From NCBI GenBank assembly GCA_019058015.1, contig JAHLWH010000149.1, positions 1 through 36,327 on the forward strand: a DNA stretch of 36,327 nt. The letters run 5' to 3'. The notes under the pieces were generated by a model. It was given only the letters and a program-made list of their open reading frames with translations, did not search any database and was not told where the DNA came from. Within the stretch, counting starts at the first letter, position 1. Each line of letters starts with the position of its first letter. Positions 1-7,967 of the stretch are shown piece after piece. A program made the translations under genes and the position numbers. This stretch comes from Promethearchaeota archaeon. Its GTDB lineage: Archaea; Asgardarchaeota; Lokiarchaeia; Sigyniarchaeales; SOKP01.

Positions 1-258
1 AACAGATACAGCCACATTAATTTTGGAAATCTCTTCAGTTATCATACAATGAGCAATCATTCCAAGCTCCGAACCATTATATCTTTTTGGAATTAATGGC
101 CCAATAAATCCCTTTTTTCCAATTTCTTTAATCAAAGAAAGAGGAATTTTTTTATTCTGATCAATTTCATTCTTCATCGGTTCTAATTCTGTTAATAGAA
201 ATTTTCTTACATCTTCTCGTAATGCGTAATGTTTCTCTGTAAAAAATAACTCGTTCAT
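1..258 (-). CDS. Acyl-CoA dehydrogenase family protein, N-terminal 86 aa (runs off the left edge)
   Basis: Not in the ORF track. Manual translation from ATG at 258 gives MNELFFTEKHYALREDVRKFLLTELEPMKNEIDQNKKIPLSLIKEIGKKGFIGPLIPKRYNGSELGMIAHCMITEEISKINVAVSV, matching the Acyl-CoA_dh_N pattern (R..VR.F...EL.P, G..G..IP..Y.G..LG, EEIS). Confidence 0.88.
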   Translation of the reverse strand, partial: MNELFFTEKHYALREDVRKFLLTELEPMKNEIDQNKKIPLSLIKEIGKKGFIGPLIPKRYNGSELGMIAHCMITEEISKINVAVSV

Positions 259-401
259 CTTTTCATCCTTGCTTTGTTTTTTTTCTAATATTTTATGTTA
301 AATATTTAATTTTTAATTAAAGTGATTTGAATATATTTATTTCGATGATATATATCTACATATCACTTCCTTTCATAAAAGCTTTTTATTCATTTCTCTT
401 C

Positions 402-905
402 ATGATAGCTTTAACTGTCTGCCCCCACCTTTCAATTGAAGAATTGAAGGAATTATATCGAAAAATGGTTAAAAACAAGTTAGCAAGGAAGTACCTGGCA
501 ATTTTAAAACTATATGAGGGAAAGACAACGCAACAAGTTGCGGATGAATTATTTGTCACTCCCCAGATCGTCCGAAAGTGGATACATCGATGGAATAAAC
601 AAGGTTCGACTGGTTTGATTGACATTCCGCAATCAGGACGCCCTCCCTTTTTATCTAAAGAAGAGCAAGCTGAACTGATTCAGGATATATTAAAATCTCC
701 CCGAGAACTGGGATTTGATTATAGCAATTGGATGCTTAAAATCATTGTGGGGCATGTAAGGCGAGAATTCGACGTGGAAATGACTCTTAGCGGCGTTTGG
801 CGAATATTAACGCGCCACAAAATGACCAGACTCGTGCCGAGACCAATGCCTGCAAAAGCAGATCCTCAAAAAAACAAGAGTTTCTCGAGAAAAAGAAGCA
901 AATAA
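402..905 (+). CDS. IS630 transposase OrfA (HTH / winged-HTH DNA-binding part)
   Basis: QVADELFVTPQIVRKWIHRWNKQGSTGLIDIPQSGRPP followed by the W...I...V..EF.V.....VWRIL winged-HTH. ATG at 402 is preferred over the upstream TTG at 327. Confidence 0.85.
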   Translation: MIALTVCPHLSIEELKELYRKMVKNKLARKYLAILKLYEGKTTQQVADELFVTPQIVRKWIHRWNKQGSTGLIDIPQSGRPPFLSKEEQAELIQDILKSPRELGFDYSNWMLKIIVGHVRREFDVEMTLSGVWRILTRHKMTRLVPRPMPAKADPQKNKSFSRKRSK

Positions 906-1480
906 TCCAAAACCTCGGCCCTGATGATACGATTTTAATCGAGGATGAGAGCACTTTTTATCGGTCGGGTGATCCTCGAAAAATATGGGCGCTCAAGGGG
1001 ACGAAACCCATATTACGCACATTTGGCTCTCATGAGAAGGTGAATGTCATCGGAGCGATTAATCCTTTCGAAGATGAGGGCATTTACGCGTACATCAAAA
1101 CCTTGACAGGTAAGAATTTTGAAGTGTTCTTACATAAGATTGTCGATGTTTATTGTAGTTCAGGAAAGACCTACATGTTTCTGGACAATGCCAGGGCTCA
1201 TCACGCGAAACTGCTGCAACTCTTTTTAGAAAGTGTTCGGGATAAATTCGAACTGGTCTTCTTACCTCCTTATTGCCCTGATTTGAGCGAAATAGAGAAG
1301 TTATGGCAGGAGGTGAAATCAGAAGTAGTATATAATGGCTTTTACGAAACATTCGACGATTTTGAGAACGCACTCACCCGAGCCTTAAGGCGTAAGAACC
1401 AATCCGGATACATAAGGTCTTTATTTAACGAAAGAAAATATTTAATAAGATCGCATCATACTTTTTATCATAACAGATGA
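868..1480 (+). CDS. IS630 transposase OrfB (DDE_3 catalytic domain), probably reached by -1 frameshift at A7 868-874
   Basis: Catalytic motifs IEDES, FLDNARAH and LPPYCPDLSEIEKLW. The frame is -1 relative to OrfA, and the fusion reads ...KADPQK-KQEFLEKKK... Confidence 0.85.
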
Positions 1481-1490
1481 AGGGAAAGAA

Positions 1491-2153
1491 GTGTCAAAAG
1501 GGAAGTTTATTGGTGTAGTAACCTTTGCAACGTTCTTGCTTGGATTAGGAATGTTCATACCCGCTAATGATTTTCTATGGGTTGAGGCTTGGATTGTACT
1601 CATTTTATTTTACGTGCTTTTGATAAATAATATTTTATATTTCAGCAAACACGACCCCGATTTAATCCAGAAACGCTCCAAGCCAGAATTTAAAGAAAAA
1701 TGGGATAAAATCGTGACTTTTTTTACATCCATCGGATTCATTCCGATTTTCTTCGTTCCCGGCTTAGATAGACAATTTGGATGGTCAAACGTACCCATCA
1801 TTGTTGAAATAATTGGTTTTATCATGTTTATTATTGGTTTCATTATTATTTTCTTAACAATGAAGGAGAATTCCTTTTTATCGAAGGCAGTGGAAATCCA
1901 AGAAGGACATACAGTTATTACCACGGGCCCTTATAAAATTGTTCGCCATCCGATGTATCTAGGCCTGATAATTTTTATGGCGGGGTGGTGTTTAGCCCTC
2001 GGATCGCTGTTTTCACTCATATTCGTGGCGTTCATAGTAATAGGTTTAATTATTCGCATTGTATTTGAAGATAAAATGCTTCATGAAGAACTTGAAGGGT
2101 ATAAAGAGTATGCTCAAAAAACTAAGAAGAAGTTAATACCCTTTATATGGTAA
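1491..2153 (+). CDS. Isoprenylcysteine carboxyl methyltransferase (ICMT/Ste14/PEMT) family membrane protein
   Basis: Multi-TM protein with the H.VITTGPYKIVRHPMYLG motif and a C-terminal RI..ED.ML..EL.GY.EY...T..KLIP.IW. Confidence 0.88.
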   Translation: MSKGKFIGVVTFATFLLGLGMFIPANDFLWVEAWIVLILFYVLLINNILYFSKHDPDLIQKRSKPEFKEKWDKIVTFFTSIGFIPIFFVPGLDRQFGWSNVPIIVEIIGFIMFIIGFIIIFLTMKENSFLSKAVEIQEGHTVITTGPYKIVRHPMYLGLIIFMAGWCLALGSLFSLIFVAFIVIGLIIRIVFEDKMLHEELEGYKEYAQKTKKKLIPFIW

Positions 2154-2174
2154 AAAGGGTCTATTTTTATTTTT

Positions 2175-2560
2175 TTATGTATCCCAGCCGCCCTTGGCTC
2201 TCGCTTCCTCGATATCCTTATCCACGCGTTCTTTCAACGTTAAATAATCCGTCTTTGCCACGTGGTCTAAAGGAAATTTCTCCAAGAACACGACCAATGA
2301 GGGGCGCTTATATGCCGCCATCCCCTTGCAATGTTGCAATACCTTCTCTTCCTTCAAGGTCATCTCTTCATAAACTTTGATTTTCTCCTACTTGAGAGAT
2401 GCAAGCCTTTCTCATCCATATACCCCAAATCTCCCGTGTATAAAATTCCATCAGTGGATAGAACCGCTTTCGTGGCTTCCTCATTTTCAAAATACCCCTT
2501 GAACACTTGAGGACCTCCCACGCAGATTTCGCCGATCTCCCCGTTTGTCAGTTCTTTATT
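2175..2560 (-). pseudogene. Remnant of a long-chain fatty-acid--CoA ligase (AMP-binding enzyme); C-terminal pieces only
   Basis: Manual translation of 2560 to ~2381 gives NKELTNGEIGEICVGGPQVFKGYFENEEATKAVLSTDGILYTGDLGYMDEKGLHLSSRRK (GEI, GY, TGD and R.K adenylation motifs). After an apparent internal deletion and frame change it continues ...HCKGMAAYKRPSLVVFLEKFPLDHVAKTDY... (C-terminal domain). There is no start codon or N-terminal domain. Confidence 0.85.
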
Positions 2561-2712
2561 TCACGAAGAAAAATATTTAGATGAAGAAATCATTGTAGAG
2601 GTATAGAAAAAAAGATATTCAAAACACTTTAATTAAAATATTCGTCTATTAAAACAATTCTGTAAATCATATACATAATCACAAGGAAAAATACAATTAT
2701 TAAAAATTTAAA

Positions 2713-3108
2713 ATGAAAGGAACCTATATTTTAGAAATCATCCTTCAAAATGATATTAAATTATCAATTGGAAGTTTAGGTTTAATTTTTTTAAAAAAGG
2801 GTTTATATTATTATATAGGATCAGCAATGGGGACTGAAGGATCTTCTACTTTACTAAATAGAGTTAAACGACATCTGAAAAAATCATATGAAAAGAAAAG
2901 ATTTTGGCATATAGATTATTTTTTGGAAAATAAGAACGCTCTTTTAACCAAAATTATTCTTATTCCCTGTAAAATCAAATTAGAATGTGAGTTTGCAAGA
3001 CATTTTTTACAATTGGCAGATAATTTTATACCAAACTTTGGAAGTAACGATTGTAATTGTAAAACTCATTTATTATATTTTTCGAGTTCCAATAAATTGT
3101 TCATTTAA
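2713..3108 (+). CDS. DUF123 / GIY-YIG (Uri superfamily) nuclease-like protein
   Basis: MKGTYIL, GLYYYIGSA, RVKRH, WHIDY, LEC and FGS.DC.C.THL motifs typical of archaeal DUF123. Confidence 0.85.
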   Translation: MKGTYILEIILQNDIKLSIGSLGLIFLKKGLYYYIGSAMGTEGSSTLLNRVKRHLKKSYEKKRFWHIDYFLENKNALLTKIILIPCKIKLECEFARHFLQLADNFIPNFGSNDCNCKTHLLYFSSSNKLFI

Positions 3109-3188
3109 TCGATCGTAAGAAAGAAAAAATCAAATTAATATTCAATTTTTCATTTATATTTAAAAAAGAAGAATAAAGTTGATTCTTT

Positions 3189-3677
3189 ATGCAAATGGTT
3201 ACTCACTTTTTGGTCGGAATTATCATACAGAAATATCTTTTCGGAATAATTCCATTTCCCTTTGACATTATATTAATATTAATACTAGCATTTTTATCTC
3301 ATATTCTCGTTGATTGTCTCGCAAGATTAACGTATCATACCCCCTCCCCACAAAAAGGAGATAAAATCTGGCTGGGATGGCACATTGTTATTTATGTGAC
3401 AAGCTTTCTGGTTTTCATAATTTTTTGTAATTCGTATTGGCTGGTTATGATTGTATCGATTCTATTCGATATTTGGGACTGGTATACGCTCAGAATGATA
3501 CAGCGTCACTTTAAAAAAAATCCAGACTGGGGAAAGAAGTATTTCTTACACCCAATAATCGATAAAGTGCGAAATAAATGCTTTTTATGGCTTCCGGACC
3601 TTACTTATGAACATAAAGGTATAATAGTTGAGATAGTTATCATAATTTCATTATTATTAATTATTATATTTTTCTGA
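3189..3677 (+). CDS. Membrane protein, possibly a membrane-bound metal-dependent hydrolase
   Basis: Hydrophobic helices with THFLVG, SHILVD, YH and FD.WD, giving candidate His/Asp metal ligands. Confidence 0.5.
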   Translation: MQMVTHFLVGIIIQKYLFGIIPFPFDIILILILAFLSHILVDCLARLTYHTPSPQKGDKIWLGWHIVIYVTSFLVFIIFCNSYWLVMIVSILFDIWDWYTLRMIQRHFKKNPDWGKKYFLHPIIDKVRNKCFLWLPDLTYEHKGIIVEIVIIISLLLIIIFF

Positions 3678-3781
3678 GCTAAATTCTTTATCTTTCATTA
3701 CAAATAATAAGATCTGTTTATTCTAAATATTTATAGTTAAATTTTAAAATAAAATTTGTTTCACAAAAAGGTAAAGAAAAA

Positions 3782-5248
3782 ATGGAAAATATAACCCAAA
3801 AATTACAGAAACTGGAGAAACGTCAAGGAATTTTGACAGGATATATCAGTAAAGTAGGAAAAATGCTACTTTATATTCTTCCACTGGTGCTTGTGGTAAT
3901 TACAATCTTAACATTCCTTATTTCAGAAGATATTATTTTATACGTGATATTCTATATAGTCTTAGTTATTTATGGAATAAATTCATTGATCTTATTCTAT
4001 GGCGCAAGTTTAACAAAAAAATCATTTCAATCCAGGTTGAAATTTGAAAGAAAGCGCGGTAGACCCATCGATTCTCTTGATGGCTTTGATTTACTCTCTT
4101 CTAAAGTTCAAAGAGTAATAAATCTACTCAAAATTATTGCTCTTGTGTGTATTGTCTCATTGGTACTATTTATAATAATGTTGGCATTTAATACAGTCGA
4201 ATTAGGTTATGCAGCGATTGGTTTTACTATGGTGGGGTTAGGTTTAGCACTAATAATCAGAAGTTTGAATTTAAAAGTTTCAGAGGTAAATGGCCTACAA
4301 GATTTTTATAAACCAACAACACATCAAATCTTTTTAGATAACTTCTTTGCAGAAATCTTCTCAAATCATTTGGACCCTATAACATTTCTTAAATGGGATG
4401 ATTATGTACTAGGGCTCCAAAAGATTTTGAATCCCAATTTCGTCCAAAAAATTAAACAGCAAGAGCCGGATGAAATGCCAATTACGTTTGCGATTGAAAA
4501 AATACTCTTTCTATATTATTTGAAATATCAAAATGTATTATCTGATGAATTATTTGCCCAGGAAATGAGAGAAGTAATAAATATTGATGATGAAATTTTT
4601 AATATTGAAAGAGGGTTATTAATGGAAAATAATTGGTATTTTTCTAAAAAAGATATCTATAAAATATTTCATTTCATTAAGAAATATAATCCAGGATTTT
4701 TCAATATTATAGATCGGCTTCAGCTAGAACTCGCAGATAACATTGAACGTCTTGCTAAAGACCCAATATATATGGATTCATCATCCCAAGAAATTGTGTA
4801 TGTAAATGATGAGCTAAATATTATGATTTATCTATATAATAATACACCCGAAGCAAGAAACTATTCAGTGAGAATAATCGCCCCAGGTTTTGATCCAAAA
4901 GAGCTTGTATTAGATATTGAGGTCGAAGGAAGAGGGACTTTTAGGATTCCTGAAAAACCGATTCCATTAACAGCAATGGGTGAAACGGATATTTGTGGGG
5001 TATTATCTGTGATGTTAGAAAACGGTGATACAACATGGCTTACTTTGGAACCGAGATCTGTTGGGGAACAGACCATTCAGATATTTTTAGAATCTGTAGA
5101 TGGAACAATCATTGAAGGAAAAACAAGAAGTGTGAAAGTTGTTAAAAACTTTAAAGATAATCTTAAGAAAATAACCTCTATCGGATCTCTGCTTGGTGGA
5201 TTGGCTGTCCCCCTTTCAAAAGTGCTTATGCCGACTTTAATGCCTTAA
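3782..5248 (+). CDS. Hypothetical membrane protein (about 4 N-terminal TM helices, large soluble region, beta-rich C-terminal domain)
   Basis: 488-aa ORF with four hydrophobic segments in the first 165 aa. No family recognised. Confidence 0.75.
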   Translation: MENITQKLQKLEKRQGILTGYISKVGKMLLYILPLVLVVITILTFLISEDIILYVIFYIVLVIYGINSLILFYGASLTKKSFQSRLKFERKRGRPIDSLDGFDLLSSKVQRVINLLKIIALVCIVSLVLFIIMLAFNTVELGYAAIGFTMVGLGLALIIRSLNLKVSEVNGLQDFYKPTTHQIFLDNFFAEIFSNHLDPITFLKWDDYVLGLQKILNPNFVQKIKQQEPDEMPITFAIEKILFLYYLKYQNVLSDELFAQEMREVINIDDEIFNIERGLLMENNWYFSKKDIYKIFHFIKKYNPGFFNIIDRLQLELADNIERLAKDPIYMDSSSQEIVYVNDELNIMIYLYNNTPEARNYSVRIIAPGFDPKELVLDIEVEGRGTFRIPEKPIPLTAMGETDICGVLSVMLENGDTTWLTLEPRSVGEQTIQIFLESVDGTIIEGKTRSVKVVKNFKDNLKKITSIGSLLGGLAVPLSKVLMPTLMP

Positions 5249-5254
5249 AAATAA

Positions 5255-5273
5255 TTTTTTTTTCTTTTATTTT
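5255..5273 (+). terminator. Oligo-T archaeal-type terminator candidate
   Basis: T9 run plus CTTTTATTTT directly after the stop at 5248. Confidence 0.45.
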
Positions 5274-5291
5274 ACCGATTTAACAAGATAA

Positions 5292-5504
5292 CTATCTTCG
5301 AAAAATTATATAAACAATAAAGCCAATTAAACCAGTTAGAGCTACAACCATAACCCAAAGATGACCACTCATATCTCTTTCATTAGCATCTTTAAATACC
5401 CAAATTGCCAGTAGTATTGCTATTATGTAATAAGTGATAATAAAAGTACATGTAATTATTAATCCAATAAGAAACGGGCTAATACCAGTTGGTGTCTGTA
5501 ATAT
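5292..5504 (-). CDS. Small PLDc_N-like membrane protein (70 aa) lacking a canonical start; ATA start or pseudogene
   Basis: Not in the ORF track. Translation (I/M)LQTPTGISPFLIGLIITCTFIITYYIIAILLAIWVFKDANERDMSGHLWVMVVALTGLIGFIVYIIFRR*. It parallels WVYKDALKRDMEAAIWLLIVLL..IG.LIYLIVRK of the 6987-7403 protein. An in-frame TAA lies four codons upstream of the ATA. Confidence 0.7.
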   Translation of the reverse strand: MLQTPTGISPFLIGLIITCTFIITYYIIAILLAIWVFKDANERDMSGHLWVMVVALTGLIGFIVYIIFRR

Positions 5505-5624
5505 CTTATTATATTAAATTGAATAATTCTATTTATTTTAATAAATGTTTTCTATATTGTTAAAAAAATTGATTTTTAATTAATAAAAGCTATGTTTTAT
5601 AATCCCAAGATTCCTTTAAATATA

Positions 5625-6212
5625 CTAAATCATTTCAATTTTCTCAAGACTTGATTTTCTTTTTTTGAAACCATGTTCATATAATTTTTCAATTATCGGT
5701 TTCATCGTTGGACAAACTTTCCAATTTCCCTTATATTCACATTGCTCACACTCTTTAGTAATATGGTTGGCTCTAACGTAAGCTATTACTCCAGTATAGA
5801 AATTTACAAGAAATAACGATAATATTTTTAATATGAGAAATATCGGAAGATATATTACGGCAACAATATAGAATCCCGTTCCAATTCCTATTGAAACTTT
5901 TGAAAGAATTTTTAGAATTTTATAACTTGTAAGATGGAAGATATTCAATAAAATTGCTTAAAAGAATAGATAGGAGATAAAATATAAAATTAAAAGATTT
6001 TGTAAACTCAAATCTATAAAAAGAATTGAAAAGATAATCGTAAGAATAATTGTAGGATAATATGTGAAGCAACCTATACAAAATCTATATTTTCCAATAT
6101 GATACACATGATCAGAGAAATGCTCACAATTAGGATGGTGAGACAAAATCATAGGTTTTACGTCAGTAATTAACAACTTTAAGCGTTTAATTTTTTTTTT
6201 AATTCTATTCAT
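5625..6212 (-). pseudogene. Cys/His-rich predicted membrane protein (DUF2085-like) split by one in-frame TAA at 5958-5960
   Basis: ORFs 5958-6212 and 5625-5948 share a frame and read ...YLFF*AILLNIFHL... across a TM helix. Motifs are HHPNC..F..H......RFCIGC and CEQC......VCP. Confidence 0.7.
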
Positions 6213-6326
6213 TCTTATCTTTAGATTTAATTAATGTTAAAAAAATTAATTTATTTTGACAATAGTAAATAAAATTCATATATACGCGATTGCTCAAAAT
6301 TATTTTAATCATTATGAAATCAATTT

Positions 6327-6347
6327 AAAAAAAAAATGAAAAAAAAA
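6327..6347 (-). terminator. Oligo-T terminator candidate for the 6361-6732 gene
   Basis: A10 and A9 runs on the + strand just past the stop codon. Confidence 0.45.
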
Positions 6348-6360
6348 GCGATTTAATTTA

Positions 6361-6732
6361 TTAAGGAGGGATTATTGAAGCAAGTCCGAGTAGAGGGAAA
6401 ATTAGGAAGATAACAATTAAGAATGCTACAATGATTGCAAGCAAACCCGACAGAAGCCAAACTACAATTGCAGTTCCGAATCCAGTTTTATGGCGAGAAT
6501 TTATTATAACCCAGGATAATATACAGCCTATGCATGGAATCCATCCTACTAAGGCCATAATTAATGCTGTAACAAATACTGAACCAAATTCATCATTTCT
6601 AGAATCAAAGAAACTTAAGGCAATTTTTAGAAATATAGTTCCGAGTACCAAAGCGAGAATTATTATGCCGAATATTAGAACTAGAATTCCTATTATACCT
6701 AGGCCGATAATCCAGTCTATTGGATTTATCAT
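6361..6732 (-). CDS. Small hydrophobic membrane protein (3-4 TM)
   Basis: 123-aa hydrophobic ORF with a GGTGA Shine-Dalgarno-like motif at 6739-6743 upstream of the ATG. Confidence 0.75.
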   Translation of the reverse strand: MINPIDWIIGLGIIGILVLIFGIIILALVLGTIFLKIALSFFDSRNDEFGSVFVTALIMALVGWIPCIGCILSWVIINSRHKTGFGTAIVVWLLSGLLAIIVAFLIVIFLIFPLLGLASIIPP

Positions 6733-6986
6733 TTTATATCACCATTTTTTTATTAATTTATTCAAAGTTTTATTAAAGATTTATATAAAGGTTTTGATCT
6801 ATTAATAACTTTTAATATAATTTTGAATATAAGATTGATATAGCTTATTCAGTTTAGTAGAATCTAGTATTTTATCAAAATTATGCAGATAAAATCGATT
6901 CTCGTGAATAAAAAAGAGATTATTTCAAAAAAAGAGAGAAATAGTAAGTTTTTTTTAATTTTTTTATTTTGAGCAGTTTTGACGCC

Positions 6987-7403
6987 TTATAATTTACTTC
7001 CACAATGGGGACAGAATGTAGCTTGCGCTGGAATGGAAGCGCCGCAAGTAGGACAGAATTTCTTGCCCTTTTCTATTAGTCTTTCAGTTTCAGGTAGTGC
7101 GGGTGCTCTCTCCTCATACGGAGTTGTTGCTTGAGCAGTGGCTGGAGCGGTATAACTAGGAGAAACTCTTTCTTCTCCCCCAATTGGCTTTCTTACTATT
7201 AAGTAAATCAGGCACCCTATACAAAGAGGGACTAATAAGACAATTAAAAGCCAAATTGCTGCCTCCATATCTCTTTTTAGTGCATCTTTATATACCCATA
7301 CACATAAAATAATTGGAATAATACAACAAAATATAAGGAGGGGGATCAACAACATCATCAGCACAGCCATAACGGCACCAGTTGGATCATAACTCATGAA
7401 CAT
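6987..7403 (-). CDS. Membrane protein with PLDc_N-like TM segment, Ala/Thr/Pro-rich linker and C-terminal zinc ribbon
   Basis: WVYKDA..R.M....W membrane motif and FCPTCGASIPAQATFCPHCGSKL (two CxxC knuckles). Confidence 0.85.
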   Translation of the reverse strand: MFMSYDPTGAVMAVLMMLLIPLLIFCCIIPIILCVWVYKDALKRDMEAAIWLLIVLLVPLCIGCLIYLIVRKPIGGEERVSPSYTAPATAQATTPYEERAPALPETERLIEKGKKFCPTCGASIPAQATFCPHCGSKL

Positions 7404-7590
7404 TTTTTAACTCACTTCAATTTTGTATTTTTTTTTTAATTTTTTTTAATTTTGAATTTCAATTAAATTTATTGTAATAAGATTATTTAAAAATATAAAA
7501 AGATTTTGAATGCATGATTTATTATTAATTTTTTAGTTAAAATAAAATAAGAAATTAAAGGCATTTAATTATTTAGATTTATGATATAAA

Positions 7591-7956
7591 ATGAAAGATA
7601 TGTTAGGCATAAAAAATTTGAAAAACGATTTATCTGCAATGAAAAATGAGATGACTAAGATCAGTTCAGAAATTTCCAAGATGAGCGAAAACATAATAGA
7701 TCTTAGCAATAAAACATCACAGAGTATGGACAAAGTATCCTCGGAGATTCATGAAATGAATTTAACAATAAGGGAAGCAATGAAAATAACTTCTGATACA
7801 ATTAAAGAGATGAGTGAAAACTTTTCAAAAGCATTAAAAGATGCTTTGAGAGATATGTCTGAAATGAAAGTCAAGGTTGAGGTTAGAGATTCGATTTTGC
7901 AAACTCTTGGAATTGATAGACTTCTTCCGGAGTTTTTGAAAAAATCTAAAAAATAA
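7591..7956 (+). CDS. Coiled-coil / amphipathic helical protein of unknown function
   Basis: 121 aa, rich in Met/Ser/Lys/Glu, with hydrophobic residues at 3-4 spacing over about 90 aa. Confidence 0.7.
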   Translation: MKDMLGIKNLKNDLSAMKNEMTKISSEISKMSENIIDLSNKTSQSMDKVSSEIHEMNLTIREAMKITSDTIKEMSENFSKALKDALRDMSEMKVKVEVRDSILQTLGIDRLLPEFLKKSKK

Positions 7957-7967
7957 AAATAAAGAAA

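Larger units (their letters stand above)
361..1480 (+). mobile_element. IS630-family insertion sequence; ends approximate
   Basis: An HTH ORF and an overlapping DDE ORF are joined by an A7 slippery run. The segment is visibly GC-richer than its flanks. Terminal inverted repeats were not convincingly resolved. Confidence 0.85.

Noticed and set aside
360-1444. Possible IS630 terminal inverted repeats (360-380 vs 1424-1444)
   Set aside because: Only about 13 of 21 positions match in AT-rich sequence and no clean TA-flanked pair is visible, which is too weak to call.
1491-2153. ICMT-family gene as evidence of eukaryote-like protein prenylation linked to the isoprenoid cluster
   Set aside because: This family is widespread in prokaryotes. 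The gene lies 8 kb away in an IS-associated patch, and no protein prenyltransferase or CAAX substrate is present.
5958-5960. Stop-codon recoding (Sec/Pyl or an alternative genetic code)
   Set aside because: The codon is TAA, which terminates many genes in this window normally.
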